From: Oikopleura dioica | Lineage: Eukaryota > Animalia > Chordata | Reading direction: 5' to 3' | Assembly: GCA_907165135.1 (NCBI GenBank) | Contig: OU015568.1 | Coordinates: 8,928,001 to 8,992,000, forward strand | Length of the DNA stretch: 64,000 bases | In this document: positions 11,772-25,950 of the stretch, piece after piece | How the letters are laid out: the number at the start of each line of letters is the position of its first letter | Numbering within the stretch: position 1 is the first letter of the stretch | Notes under the pieces: generated by a model | Database searches by the model: none | What the model saw: the letters and a program-made list of their open reading frames with translations, nothing else | What the model was told of the DNA's origin: nothing | Position numbers and translations under genes: made by a program

Positions 11772-12205
11772 CAGTGTTTGAAAAAATGGTCATAGCTCTT
11801 GTGAGTGAGCGAGCGCGAGCAGACACTCTTCAATTTTTTTCGTAAGTGAGTGAGCGTGAGCGCAGACCCGAAATATTTTTGCTGAGTGAGCGAGCACGAG
11901 CGCTCGCTCGCTCGCTCGCGCTCACTCGCAGCTTTCGGGGGCCTTTCTAGCGAGAATTTCCTTGAAAATTATCATAATTGTAATTTTTAACGCATAATTT
12001 AATTTAGAAAGACAATGACGGGCATTCTAACGCGATTAAAAGAGAAATTTCTCAAATATCGTAATACTTTGTCTCCAGGGTGTATTAATTAAAATGACTG
12101 TTGGCGAGCGCGAGTGAGCGGGAGCGGCGGCCCGGAATTTTATGGTGAGCGAGTGAGCATGAGCGCTCGCTCACTCGCTCGCGCTCACCATTTTTTCAAA
12201 CTCTG
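11772..12205. mobile_element. hAT-type MITE (434 bp)
   Basis: 8-bp TSD CAAGAGAA (11764-11771, 12206-12213); 19-bp TIR CAGWGTTTGAAAAAATGGT (1 mismatch); subterminal GAGCGAG/CTCGCTC repeats. Confidence 0.92.
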
Positions 12206-12231
12206 CAAGAGAACATGTGTTTCATTTTTAC

Positions 12232-12250
12232 CATAGTCTATGGTCCATAG
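12232..12250. repeat. CATAG-bounded 14-bp palindromic unit (one copy)
   Basis: CATAG-TCTATGGTC-CATAG; same unit in two copies at 31279-31311. Confidence 0.55.
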
Positions 12251-12531
12251 TTCTCGTAAGATCTCGAAGAATATCTTCAGCTTTCGAACCAAAGTTGCCA
12301 CTCAAATACATAACCTTTTTAAAATTAATCGAAAAATTCTTCTTTATCCAATAACTGCCTATTCTTTCTTGAAATTAAAAGCAAATTCGACCGCATAATC
12401 GCTTTATTGCCCTGTTTATTTTCGTTTACTTCTGTAAACTGTGTTTTTCGAATAAAATAAAGTGACCTTTCAATCACAAGATCCAGCTAATAAAAGCATC
12501 ATCTGACGCTTCGAAAAGGTCAAGTGCGACT

Positions 12532-13180
12532 GGATACACGACGTTTTCCTCAAACCGACGTTCTCCTCAACCGACGTTTTCGTTAAACCGACGTTCTCCT
12601 CAATGATCAGAACGTCGGTTTGATCAAAACGTCGGTTTAATGAGAACGTCGGTTTTCCTAAAAAATGCGGGGGCAATCAGAGCGAATGAGAATGGGCTCT
12701 TTTTGGATTAAAAATTTAATTGTAAACTTTGAAAAATGATAACAGAATTTATTATTAAGAAAAATAAAAAAGTAAAAAAATAAATATTAATAAAAGTCGA
12801 TATGTTTATCGGACAAACATTTGTCTACATAATTTATGCGGTAAAATGATCTTCTTACATTTTATCAGTCTTGTATACATTTTAAAAAGATATATTTTAG
12901 TTGTATTAGTTCATTTAATGCAACTATTAATTATTCTTACACTTTAACGCTTAACAATTTAAGTTTTGAAACATAATGAAAATGTCGGTTTGACGAAAAC
13001 GTCGGTTTCCAAGCTGAGTCTAAGCCAAATTCAAGGCGCCCACGCATTTTTAGGGAAAACCGACGTTTTCATTAGACCGACGTTTTGATCAAACCGACGT
13101 TCTGACCATTGACGAGAACGTCGGTTTAACGAAAACGTCGGTTGAGGAAAACGTCGGTTTGAGGAAAACGTCGTGTATCC
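12532..13180. mobile_element. Mutator/foldback-type MITE (649 bp)
   Basis: 9-bp TSD AGTGCGACT (12523-12531, 13181-13189); ~140-bp TIRs starting GGATACACG, built of AACCGACGTT repeats; AT-rich core. Confidence 0.92.
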
Positions 13181-14489
13181 AGTGCGACTTGATGAATAAA
13201 TTGGAGCTTCGGGAAGCCACGAAATTGAAAGAATCAAAGACGCGTCTCTAAATAGCGACTCCAAAAGATGATCTCAAACTGAAGATATCGCTTTTTTTCT
13301 TCTTATCAGTACTTTAAGGTACTCTTATCGGAAAAATAATGCATTGGAAAATTTTTATTTTTAACGAGGATCATTTTGCGCCCAAGAACTCCAAAATTGG
13401 TCGACTCTATAAAAAGTTATTAGAATCCAACCGCAAAAAAGCGCGTCAAAGGAGAGCGAAACAAAGTTATGAATAAGTAAGTGAAACCCGGGATTTGCGG
13501 TTTTTCGACTTTTTTCGTTGCGCTGAACTGAAAGAAGCTGAAAAAGGGGGAAGCCCCGTGGGAGTGGCCAATCAGCGGTGGCGGGTGGGAGGTCGGTCGG
13601 GTCGCGCTGCAGCGCGGTGCCAAACTAAAACTGCGAGTTTCCACGACGGTCAAAGCGCCGGTCAAGCTCAGAGGAAAGCTTTTTACTTGAGAAATTATCG
13701 CCGGGAAAAGAGAGGAAGATAGAAGATTAGATGAATGATGAGGGACTGGATGAAGATAGCAAAGACGATTTGCTGAGGACTTTGTTTTCAGATGAAAATC
13801 AAGAAGATGATCATTGGGATGCCGATTCTGGCGAAGCAAAGGACCCGACTGGACTCGATCCGGATTTTAGAGAGGCGTTGAAGACAAACGAGGAGTTTAG
13901 GAAAGGATTTCCATCGAGAAATTGGAAATTTTAGCCACGAAAACCCGTTTTTCTGTTGAGATCTTCCTTCAAATCTTTCATCCCTTTATTTAAAAATGAT
14001 CTAAGAATCGACGAACGATCGAAAGATTGCTGAATTATAAATGGAATCTCTTTTCGCATTCGAAAATCCATTAAAATCCGCTTCAAATTCATCCAAAACC
14101 CCTTAGCTTGTCTAAGTGCCCTGATCTGGGCGATGTTTTGTGAAAGATTGATAAGCTCTAAATTGAAAATTATTGACGCGTTTTTATTGTTTTTTAAATA
14201 AAACAAGCTAACAAATCGAAAGACCAACCATTTTATTGCTCGTTTGTTATAGTTTTATCTGTCTGTTTTTTTATCTGACCCTCCCATTCTTTGGAGAACT
14301 TGTAGAACTTGAAGAAATCTCGCCAAAGAATGGGCACAAAACGGGAGAATCTGATTAAGCTAGATTTTGCTTATCTCAGCTGAGAATAAATTCAATCTTT
14401 TGTGATTTGAATTTATTTTTACAGCGCAAATCGAGTGGAAAATTCAGCTTGTTCATCTGACCAAGCAAGAGCTATATTTCTGTTGTTTT

Positions 14490-14830
14490 TGAATCGATTC
14501 CGTTCCAAATTGTCTCCCATGTTTACTCTGATGGAAATCTATTAATCAGAATATGGTTTGCTCTCATGGCCGCATTTGCCGCCCTCATTGGCCTTGGCCT
14601 TCTGTACATATTCGCGCAGATTTTCATCTTCAAGAAGGAAAGATTCTGGTTCTTCTCGGTACGTTAGCTTCTTTAAGATTCTCGTAACATTGCTTTTTGT
14701 AGAATATGGGATACTTTAGCGGCGAATTGTCGCAAATATCCCGTTTGGGTCGACCGGCAAATGCACAGTCATCTGAAATGGCGAGCGAAAAGCCGCCCGA
14801 ATATGATGATGTCGTCAAACCCCCAAGGTG
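14490..14830 (+). CDS. Small single-pass membrane protein, partial model
   Basis: IWFALMAAFAALIGLGLLYIFAQIFIF hydrophobic segment; GT-AG intron; downstream PPEY (PPxY) motif; start and end unresolved. Confidence 0.3.
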
Positions 14831-16127
14831 AGCTTCGATTTCACGAAATAAGAAATATTAAAATTTCAAATTTGGATATGATAACTTCATTTTTCATTAT
14901 ATTTGACAGACATCTTCATTTTTATCGTAAATTCAATTCATATTTGTATGTCTTCGATATTACCAAGTCGCCAATCATAAAAAAACATAAAAATATACCG
15001 TCAATATAATATCTGAATACTGATTTATTCACCATTATAGCTATGAAGAAATAATGAGTTCAAATCGACAAGAATGCGAAATAAGCACTGCCACTGTGTA
15101 AAAACTCATTTCCGCAAAGTCAGTCTTTCCCTAGGGCACTGTGCCCAAACCCCTTTTCATCAAATGTGCCACCTTTTTCTCAATCAGAACTACAACTTTC
15201 AATGTCAGGTGAACTATCAGAAGAGCAAAAACTCTTCTTGATATTTTCTCAATTCTGGCATTTTCCATTTGTCAAATTTATAAAACTCCATCAGTCCTAA
15301 AGTTGCAACTTTTTATACTGCGCAAATCTTCCTATCCTCCCCTATTGAACCTTCCACTTTTGCTAACTACTGTTACAGTATTTGACATACTGTTCTTTGA
15401 ATGGAATGCTTTTATCTATGTGTGAAACCGGCAAAAATGTTACTTTTTTTTTGTATATTAATAAATAATACACAAGAAATAGACGATCTCAGGGCATGTC
15501 CATGGACCATGCCTGTTTTACAATCTGTCGTTGCCGGTCTTCTCATTTATAATTCATCAAGTTTCCATAATTTCTTTACGGTTTCTTGCCGCGGCAGAGA
15601 AATTGACAATTCTTTCAAACAAATGCATAAATCAAGGATGATGAAACGACCTCGAGATCGATTCTTTCGCTCAGAATAATTGACTTGATCTTGAAGAAGA
15701 GTAATCTGAATTGGGTTATCGCTCCAGCACAAATTGCATGGGCAGGTTGTAAACTCCCCTTCTGATGTGATTAAAAGATCGCGTAAGAGTTAGACACGTG
15801 GTGGGAAGGGAAACATGTGTTGGAAGTTGGAAAGGCAAGGCGGGTTCATTTTGTGGCAAGTGCAGTTGAAAATTTATTATGAAGCTTTTATCAGTGATTG
15901 CCGGGACGTCGTTGGCACAGGTACAGATTAAAGTATTTTATATTTGACTCTTCTTACTTATGAGTCATAAGTTATGACAGAAAGTGTTTGTGATGGAAGA
16001 GAAGTCCTTATCTATCTTATTTATCAATATAAAGTGAGATTCTGATTGGCAAAATATGATAAAAACTGTAGATTGACGAGCTCTTACGAGAGGGATTTGT
16101 AATTTATTCAGTCTTTGAATCATTCAG

Positions 16128-17640
16128 GTCGCCCCTGAATGTATAAAATGCTCCGAAGCAAACGTCCTTTTCTTCGCCGGTAAAGCCGAATCTGGCGATT
16201 ACTACGACCCAAAAGGATACGAGCGCTTCCGGGATTTCATGCTCAATGAGTACGAGTTTGGCAATTTCACTGAAAACCTCGTGGCGATCAATGGCGATTT
16301 CGCGTTCAACGAGAACTCGCATGTGGCGGACATTCGATCGATTGTCAACGGAGCTTTTAGCGAGTTGAACGCGCAGGAAGGATCTAATGGCGATTTAAAC
16401 TTTTTAATGTGCCACGCTGAGCTTTGCGATCACATCTTCGACTACATCAGGATGAGCGCCTTCACCCCAATTTCTGGGCTCATCACAATGGGTTGGGCTC
16501 CCACTTCTGAGCGATGGGCTTCAACTTCTATTCCAATTTTCTCTTTGCTTGGCGAATATGACGGAGTGAATACCTTCACCCGCTTCGTTCCGAAACTTTT
16601 CCTCGAGGAATTACCGCGAAATCACTACCTAGATCTCATCGCATTCGGAAACTTTAGAAAATTTGCAAATGCGCTGGAGCCATTTGAATTCATCGGCGAC
16701 TCGGATCTTGAGACTAAATATAGGAAATTGTCACGAGATAGTCCTTAGAGAAAATCTAGAGACATTTTTACCATTATTTCTATTACGACACCAGACAAGG
16801 CCGTATCAAATTTTCCGGAGAATAACGATCAATCTGGGACATTTCATTGACAACGATAGACTAAATATGGCGGTACGTATACTGCTGATGTAAGTAATTT
16901 TAATTTAATCTCAGTTGTCTACTGATTCTGCTTTGGAATCGCTCCGAGCGTCGCATTTATTGCTTGAAATGGACCACGAGGAAGGAAATCCGTTGGCAGC
17001 TGAAATCCAAGCAGAAATATCAACCATGGAAGTTGATCATAAATTTGTTGATGACATCGACAGCGTTGAGCCCTACGTCAGCGACAACACTGCTTATATC
17101 TTCACAGAGCTTGTCGAGAACAAGATCTTATATGATGACGAAGAATCGTTCAGCTTCAGTACTTTCGAGATTCCTTTCGAACATGCTCTTAAAATTATTG
17201 ACGCTAGTGGACAAGTAACGTGCGCCGATTTACAAAGTCTTGTTTTTCATGAAAACATGGAAGACTAACATCGTTCTTTAGAGCAACTCCTCCACGATGT
17301 TCTTGGCAAGCTCGCGCCGCAGCAGATCCAGTTTTACATGATGAATTCTTGCGAAATCATTCCTCGTGAAGCAGACAGCTCAAATGGTGAATATGGCGGG
17401 GGATAATGAGTCTATTTTTTAGGTAATCTAGGGAAGGACCGAGTGCAGATGTTCCCAAAAGATGGAGTCGCGAATTTAGTCACAGTTGAATCACGAGAAG
17501 GAGACGTTCTTGGCTGTAAACTCTTAGCACCGTCTAGGATCTATCAGTGGCTCATGTTCGATTCGCACAGATCTGACAACCTTAAGAGATGCCATGAATT
17601 CGTCGGAAAGCCACCGTGTTCTACCTGTCCTGAAGAATAA
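16128..17640 (+). CDS. Hypothetical protein, possibly alpha/beta-hydrolase-like (start uncertain)
   Basis: Well-biased ORFs 16239-16748, 16915-17268 and 17443-17640; IFSLLGEYDGV resembles an alpha/beta-hydrolase acid-site strand. Confidence 0.35.
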
Positions 17641-17966
17641 AAAGACACTCTTCCTTGATTTTCTTTTGTTGGTGAATTAGATTTTTTCATTAAGAGAGAT
17701 GAGTATATTGTTGTTTTAAGTTCATGATAGTTAGCTGCGATTCGCCTCATCAGCCTGCGAACGTGATGTCTTGATTGATTATTTGGGTGGTGCTGCTCTG
17801 AAGTGAGATTCCCTTGGAAACAGAGCGAAATCTGAGTCTACTCGCGTCAACGTCGACAGAATAGTCCTTTTATTTGGAAAGCAAACCACCCGAGCCAAGT
17901 GCACCGCGCTCGGCTGCCTACTTTAGAGCATACTCTCAGAGACCTTCTACGCACCAAAGATTCAGA

Positions 17967-19712
<1,746 letters not shown>

Positions 19713-19826
19713 AGAAATGCAACTGTCGAACAACCTTTCTCAACTCATCATCTCATGTTGCCACAAATGTCTCTTTTACTCTGTTTTATAAGACAATATA
19801 TATTTTTGTAACAAGAAGAGATTAAC

Positions 19827-20617
19827 TCAGAATTCTCTTCGGCGGTTATGGGAAGGGAAACCGTAGACTGGCTTTCCATTTTTCCATCCAGTTCTGATAT
19901 TCGTGATATATTCCAACGCTTGTTCGACTCTTGATCCTTCATCAGTAGTTCGAGCAAGAGTGGCTTTCTTCCCATTAGTCTTCTTTTCGTGGTATTTGAG
20001 TGCTTTCAAGAATGAAGAAGGCTTGATACTTTGGTGCGCATTTGATCGAGCAAACGAGCTGTGGGACTTGTCAAAGCACTGATGTTTAGTTTGCCGGTCA
20101 GCGAAGGTTACCATCGTTGGCAAAACAGCAACATTCATGTTGTCGACTAAATTTCATTTTAGAAAAAGTTCTTTTATGTTTTCGAATTTACCTATGAAGA
20201 TAAATGAGCTTTGATCCTTCTGGTCAGTATTCCAGAATTTCTTCGTTATAAGAACGTCATTCCCGTTGTTGTAAAAATTGAAAAATTTAGCGTTCCACAT
20301 TTGAAAGTTTCCTTGCCTCCTCTCGCTCGGAAATTGTAGAAGAATCGACCACCTCTGGTCGAGAAGACTTGGCGGAAGTGTTATTCTCCCAGCGAACCCG
20401 TAACGTCGCTGTTTTTTGAAATGCCACTCGTCTTTTTAGGGGTTTTCGTGGAAAATCAAAAGCGTTTTTCATCTTTTCGACCCTTCCTAAAATCTCTAGT
20501 TTAGCTCCTTCTGCGCAGTCCATCGGACGAGAGCATCCTCTCTGAGCACTGAAATCTGAAACGGTTTTTCCGACTCCGCAGTTGCCAGAGAAGCCATCTT
20601 CATTTATGGTTGTTGTC

Positions 20618-20648
<31 letters not shown>

Positions 20649-20718
20649 TCGTCGTCGTGGTAGTAGTAGTAGTGCTTGTAGTTGCTAAAATATAATCTCT
20701 ATCGCACCTTTTCAACAA
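19827..20718 (-). CDS. Hypothetical protein with poly-Thr (mucin-like) tract; 5' exons unresolved
   Basis: ORFs 20287-20718 and 19827-20138; 22 consecutive Thr codons followed by a Cys-containing segment. Confidence 0.4.
20608..20673 (-). repeat. (ACN)22 trinucleotide tract encoding poly-Thr
   Basis: Blocks of ACT/ACG/ACA/ACC codons. Confidence 0.85.
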
Positions 20719-21392
20719 ATTATTGCTAAAAAATATCTAACTGAAAATGAGAATTTCGAAAGAAATCGTCAGTCTCAGCTAGTTCCAGAAACTTTATGCT
20801 TCCGCTGAGCAATTTCTAAATATATTTGCTGCTCGTGAATATTATTGCAATTAGAATTTCACGGAAACTCAGAAAGGTGACGAGATATTCACATGCGACA
20901 TTTAACAAAATTAGCGTCGAATTTTCTATTGACACAAGATCGCAAATTGAATTAAAAAATATAGGTTATATCATTTAACTAACTAAATAGCTATCGAACT
21001 TTTGTGAAAGTTAACGTCTGTCGAAAGTGTCTACTTTCAGTCGGACAAAATAAATATAACTATCCATGTGAGTCAGCGCAAGTCTAATTACGACCTCAGA
21101 ATTTACTCTTGACTCACGCAAGACAAAGAGATCTTATCCCTGTCCATTCAAAAGTACGCCCAAAGAGATTAAACTGCTTAAAAAGAACCAGTTTTATTAT
21201 TCATCCCTTGTCCAATCCACCATCGCAAATCAATAAATTCGAGTGAGTGAGGAAATGTGAATCAGAGCAGAGTTGATTCGACCGCTTTTTGTGCCCGTAG
21301 GCGGTGCTTATGGGTATTTAGGGAGTTCAATTGATTAGACTGAACATTTGCTCGATAGAAGAGAGAAAAGGAACTTTGAAGAAAAAATAACG

Positions 21393-21976
21393 ATGAGTCT
21401 CAGTTATCAAATGCACAATGAAGGGATCAATACGGACATGGCCAAGTTCAGCCCTGAGGTAAGTCAAATAACTGGATGAAAATTCCAAATGGAACTTGAA
21501 AATTACAGATTTTGGATAAAATGAAGAAGTTTCGTTTCCGAAAAGAGAAAAACAACGCTGCGATCATTTTCAAGCTCGACATGGAAACGATGGATGTCCA
21601 AATTGAAGACGAAATTGAAGACATAGGCGATATCGAAGAGCTACAGAACGAGCTTCCCCATCTTCAGCCCCGTTTCATCATGTATTCTTGCAAGTAAGCA
21701 GCTTTTTAATATTTATTTTTGTATTGAAAGAAGCTTATTTATTTATCTTTCAATGATAACAAAATATTAAGATTTGAGCGATCCGATGGGCGAGTTCAGT
21801 ACCCTCTCATTCTGATCTTCGTCTCCCCTAATGGCGGAGCCCCTCGACAGATGATGGCTTATTCTGGAAGTCGAAATCAGTTCCGCGACTCGTCCAAAAT
21901 CTCAAAAGTTTTCGATGTTCGAGACCTGGAAGATCTTACCCAAGTGTGGCTCGATGAGAAGCTCAAGAATTTCTGA
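21393..21976 (+). CDS. GMFB: Glia maturation factor (ADF-H domain)
   Basis: KKFRFRKEKNNAAIIFK, ELPHLQPRFI, DGRVQYPLILIFVSP, QMMAYSGS, WLDEKL. Confidence 0.93.
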
Positions 21977-22212
21977 AGTCGTTTTCAACTCTCATTTTCG
22001 CTTTTCCCAATGATCTGTGCGCATTCCTCTTCTAACAGTTTTCATTCTCTAATTTTCTATCATGATGCAATCTAATTCTCATAACCGTGCTCTCTCCAAA
22101 TCATCATTCACTCGTATTAAAACCAAAAAAATACATGTCATTGAGAGTTTATACTATAAATTTTAAAGTGATCATTGGGAGTGCAAGAAAACGCAGGAAA
22201 AGCTCTAAATCT

Positions 22213-23743
22213 TTAACTGTAAAGAAGCTTCTTCATCATTTCTTTCTTTTGCTCTGGTGTCGCGCAGCCATTTTCTCGGAAAAATTTGGAAATCTGTGGA
22301 TGATCTTCAAGCCGCTAAAAACATAACCAAACAAAATTGAAGAAAAAATAACAAACCTCCAAGATCCCCTTTGAACTTAGCCAGGGCAACTGTACATTTC
22401 GAAACACCTGCACATGATTTCTGCATGTCAAATAGACAAAACAGGGGGTAGCGCCAAATCTACCCGCGGTCAAGAATCGAATTCCTCTAAAAATTGGCTT
22501 TAGGATTTTTTACTCTTGGTTACCTTCTGTGGTGATATTTGATTATATCTTGGTTGGGATTTGTAGAAATGATGTAAGTTAGTCCGTTGTCCGTACAAAT
22601 AACGAGTTCTTCATTTCCATCTTTGAGAACATCAAGCTTTGAAACTGAGATGATCGGGGCAGTTATTTCTGTCGACAGGTTTTCGTCGCATTCTTCGCTC
22701 AATGACAGTCCGTTCTTCTGACTGTAAAGCTTTCAAACAATCTGTTAAAAACTGAAAGCAAGAGATATCTTACTTGTCCGCAGCAAGTGATTGCGCTAGC
22801 GGATTTTTCCTTGAAAATTGAAGCATCCAAAGAGCCCTTTTCCGCCGAGCAGAAAAATGTCTGTCCATCCTGGTTGCATAATTCTCCGATGATATGCGGG
22901 GCGGTTTTACCAGACTTCGGAACAGCCAACGATCTCAATGTGGTCTCGTTCTTTTCGTCGAAGGAAATCAACAACCGCTTTGTAGAATCGTCAGTTTGAA
23001 TGTGAGCAATGACCGAGAAGATGTAATTTCCTTTCTTGCCCGTTTTCGTTATGTTGCTAAATGTGATTTTCTCCTCTTTGTCGTTATCTTCCTTGACTTT
23101 CTCCAGTTCTTCTCGCATGTCCCAAGATTTGACAGCAATCACTGTGAGAACGTCTTCGCTGTCTTCAATCAAGCTGTAGAGTTGGAACTTTCCCTCTGGG
23201 AGCTGGATCATGACGTAATTGTCGATCAGTTCCATCATAATCGCATTGCGCAGAATATCGTACGAAACCATGACATCTTCTTCGACTGTCTTACCGTCAT
23301 CAGCTCTGATGAATTTCGTCAGTGACAGTAACCCGTTTCTTCCTATAAGAATACCATCAAAATACCGGAAGAACAAGAGGATGGACGAGGTCTACTTCCT
23401 TCAATTCAGTTACCTAAAACAACAAGCCATTGTGAATCTCCAGAAGTGATTTGATTGATCGAAGCTATCATTCCATAATCCTTAGAAGTGAAAACAGGGA
23501 TCATCGAATCTTCACCATTTTGATCGGCGCTCTCGAGGTTTTCATAAATAACAAGAGATCCATCAATCCCGCCGATGACCAGCTGACTTTGCTCATCGTC
23601 GGTAAAGTCGTCATTGACGATGTTAGACCCTTGTAAATTGATTCAAAGTGAGAAATTAGTTGATAAAAACCTAGAAATGCAGTCGATCCGATGACTCCTT
23701 GAAGTTCAATGTCGATTTCACCGACAAATTGAACCTCCCTCAT
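22213..23743 (-). CDS. ITFG2: KICSTOR subunit ITFG2 (FG-GAP repeat protein)
   Basis: MREVQFVGEIDIELQG N-terminus; SKLDVLKDGNEELVICTDNGLTYII and TPCFLYLT...VQLP match recalled ITFG2 termini. Confidence 0.8.
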
Positions 23744-23970
23744 GATTCGAGAAGAATCTGGACTGATTAAAATAATAAAATTAGTAGTTTTATGATTATT
23801 CAATTACGCCAGGAAATGACTAGTGATAATGAATCCACGGATTTCTAGAATTTTGTCGAATTAGCTCTAAGGGCGTGGATTTTCCCAGCCCAAATTCTTT
23901 CTCTCTCACTGTCCAATCAGCGCGCTTGGATTTCCAAGCAGCCAATCGCAGCGTGAGGAACAATTGATCT

Positions 23971-23985
23971 AGAAAATTCTCGAAA
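23971..23985. promoter_or_regulatory. Heat shock element (3 perfect nGAAn units)
   Basis: aGAAa-aTTCt-cGAAa ~160 bp upstream of the DNAJB ATG; CCAAT boxes near 23912 and 23942. Confidence 0.75.
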
Positions 23986-24145
23986 ACTCATATTCGCGCG
24001 CCTCGCTTTCGACCCGAAAAAAAAAATCAAACAAAAAGAAAAGTCCGTTACTTTTTTGTTAACATTAATTACGCGTAGGCAATTTACGCGTATAAAAGTT
24101 TTTTGATTTCACGGAGTTTTCCAATTTGCAAAAATTAAGCGAAAA

Positions 24146-25404
24146 ATGGGAAGAGATTTTTACCAAATTCTCGGGATCGACAGAGGCGCGTCAGATGACG
24201 ATATCAAGAAGGTTTATATTTAATGAAATATTCCCTATTTAATTATGTTGAATTTAATCAGCACTCGAGTAAAAGTAAGATTCTAGGCGTACAGAAAAGC
24301 GGCGCTAAAATACCACCCGGACAAGAACCAAAGTCCAGGCGCAGAAGAAAAGTTCAAAGAAATCTCTTTGGCCTTTGAAGTCCTGAAAGACAAGCAAAAA
24401 CGCGAAATCTACGACAGATATGGCGAAGAAGGCCTCAATGGAACTCCTGGCGGCGGTGGAGGAGCCGGTGGTGGATCGAGCAATTTTCAATACGGCCAAA
24501 ACTTCGACCCACACGATTTATTCAACATGATGTTCGGTGGCGCTGCTGGAGGTGGATCGTCAAGGGCGCACAATCTCTTTGGAAGTCATTTCAACAGCAT
24601 GGGCGGAAACAGCAGCAGAAGTTCTTTCATGGATCATGATGATTTCGGCGGATTCGGCTCTAGTGCATTTGAAAGCAACGGGTTTGACTTTGGGTAAGTT
24701 CTATTTTCAGCTCTTTCTTTGATAAAAAGCGCTCATTAGATCGAACGGAATGGGTTCTCGAGCGAAGCACCGACCGTTGAAAAAGGTCGACAAGCTGGAG
24801 CATGATCTTTTCATTTCATTAGAAGATCTTTATCATGGAATTACTAAAAGGATGAAGATTTCCAGAAGTCGTCGAAAGCCAACCGGTAAATGAGTACTTT
24901 TCGATCCATTTTTCATTGTCCTAGGAGTGTACCGTCCAGAAGAAACTATCCTCACTATCGATGTCAAGCCCGGCTGGAAAGAAGGCACGAAGATTACGTT
25001 CAACAACGAAGGCGACGAAAAACCCAATCACTCGGCTGGAGACATCATTTTCGTCTTGAAAGAGGCAAATCATGCGCGATTTAAAAGAAAGGGAAATGAT
25101 TTAGGTACAGTACCGTTTTATTGTACCATTCTAAAAATGATTTTCAGTTTACACCGCAGAAATCACTCTTCGCGAAGCTCTCCTCGGCGGGACTGTAACT
25201 GTTCCTCTTTTGGACGGAAAGAAGCATCATCACAAGTTCAAGCCGCTCAACGATACCGCGCACAAGATCCGAGTTGTCGGCCTTGGTATGCCGCTCTCCA
25301 AAAATCCATCGCAAAAAGGAGATTTGCTGATCAAATTCGAGGTCATGTTCACCGGAATGAGCGGCGAGCAACGACAATTACTGGCGGATGCTAGTTGCAA
25401 CTAG
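24146..25404 (+). CDS. DNAJB4: Hsp40 class B co-chaperone (DNAJB1/4/5-like)
   Basis: J domain with HPD, G/F-rich linker, [20 protein letters not shown]...GDLLIKF. Confidence 0.92.
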
Positions 25405-25950
25405 AATTTTTCAATTTCTTTAAATCTTCCACGGTCTCCTCTCTGTATTAGCATGTACATGTAAGCTTAAAAATAACGATTATAAATAAGATAAAATTCT
25501 TTTCTTTCTCATTTTTCCCTACATTTTCAAATCTTCTTCAAACCTCCATATCTGTAATTATTTAAAAATAAACCTTTTCTACAAAATCAACGGCTGTTTT
25601 AAATATTGTGATGGTTTATTATTTATTTGTGGAAACAAAATGCCTTGGCGTTTTTTAAGTTGTTGCAGAGACATTGAGGTAATAAATAAGTTTCAAAAAA
25701 GGATTGGCCGAGTGTCATTTACATAAATATATATAATGTGACATACAGTGAAAGTGAACTTTTTGAATATGTTTTGAGCAAAAGAACTACAGTTAATTTC
25801 CTAGGATATTAACTACAGGCCTTCTGCAAGTTGAAAACAGTATGGATAAGCATTGGAATGTGAATGGGCTTCAGTAAACTGTAAGACAGAGTTCTAGAGC
25901 GATATTTAAAGTTGGTGAGAGTTTAAAGAAATAGAATTAAAAAAAAATAA

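Noticed and set aside
13731-13934. Acidic 67-aa ORF behind a GC/CCAAT-rich promoter-like segment
   Set aside because: Could be a real first exon, but no consistent downstream exon or family similarity was found.
14830-15950. Decayed gene or retroelement on the minus strand
   Set aside because: Short stop-interrupted frames with no recognisable RT, integrase or other motif.
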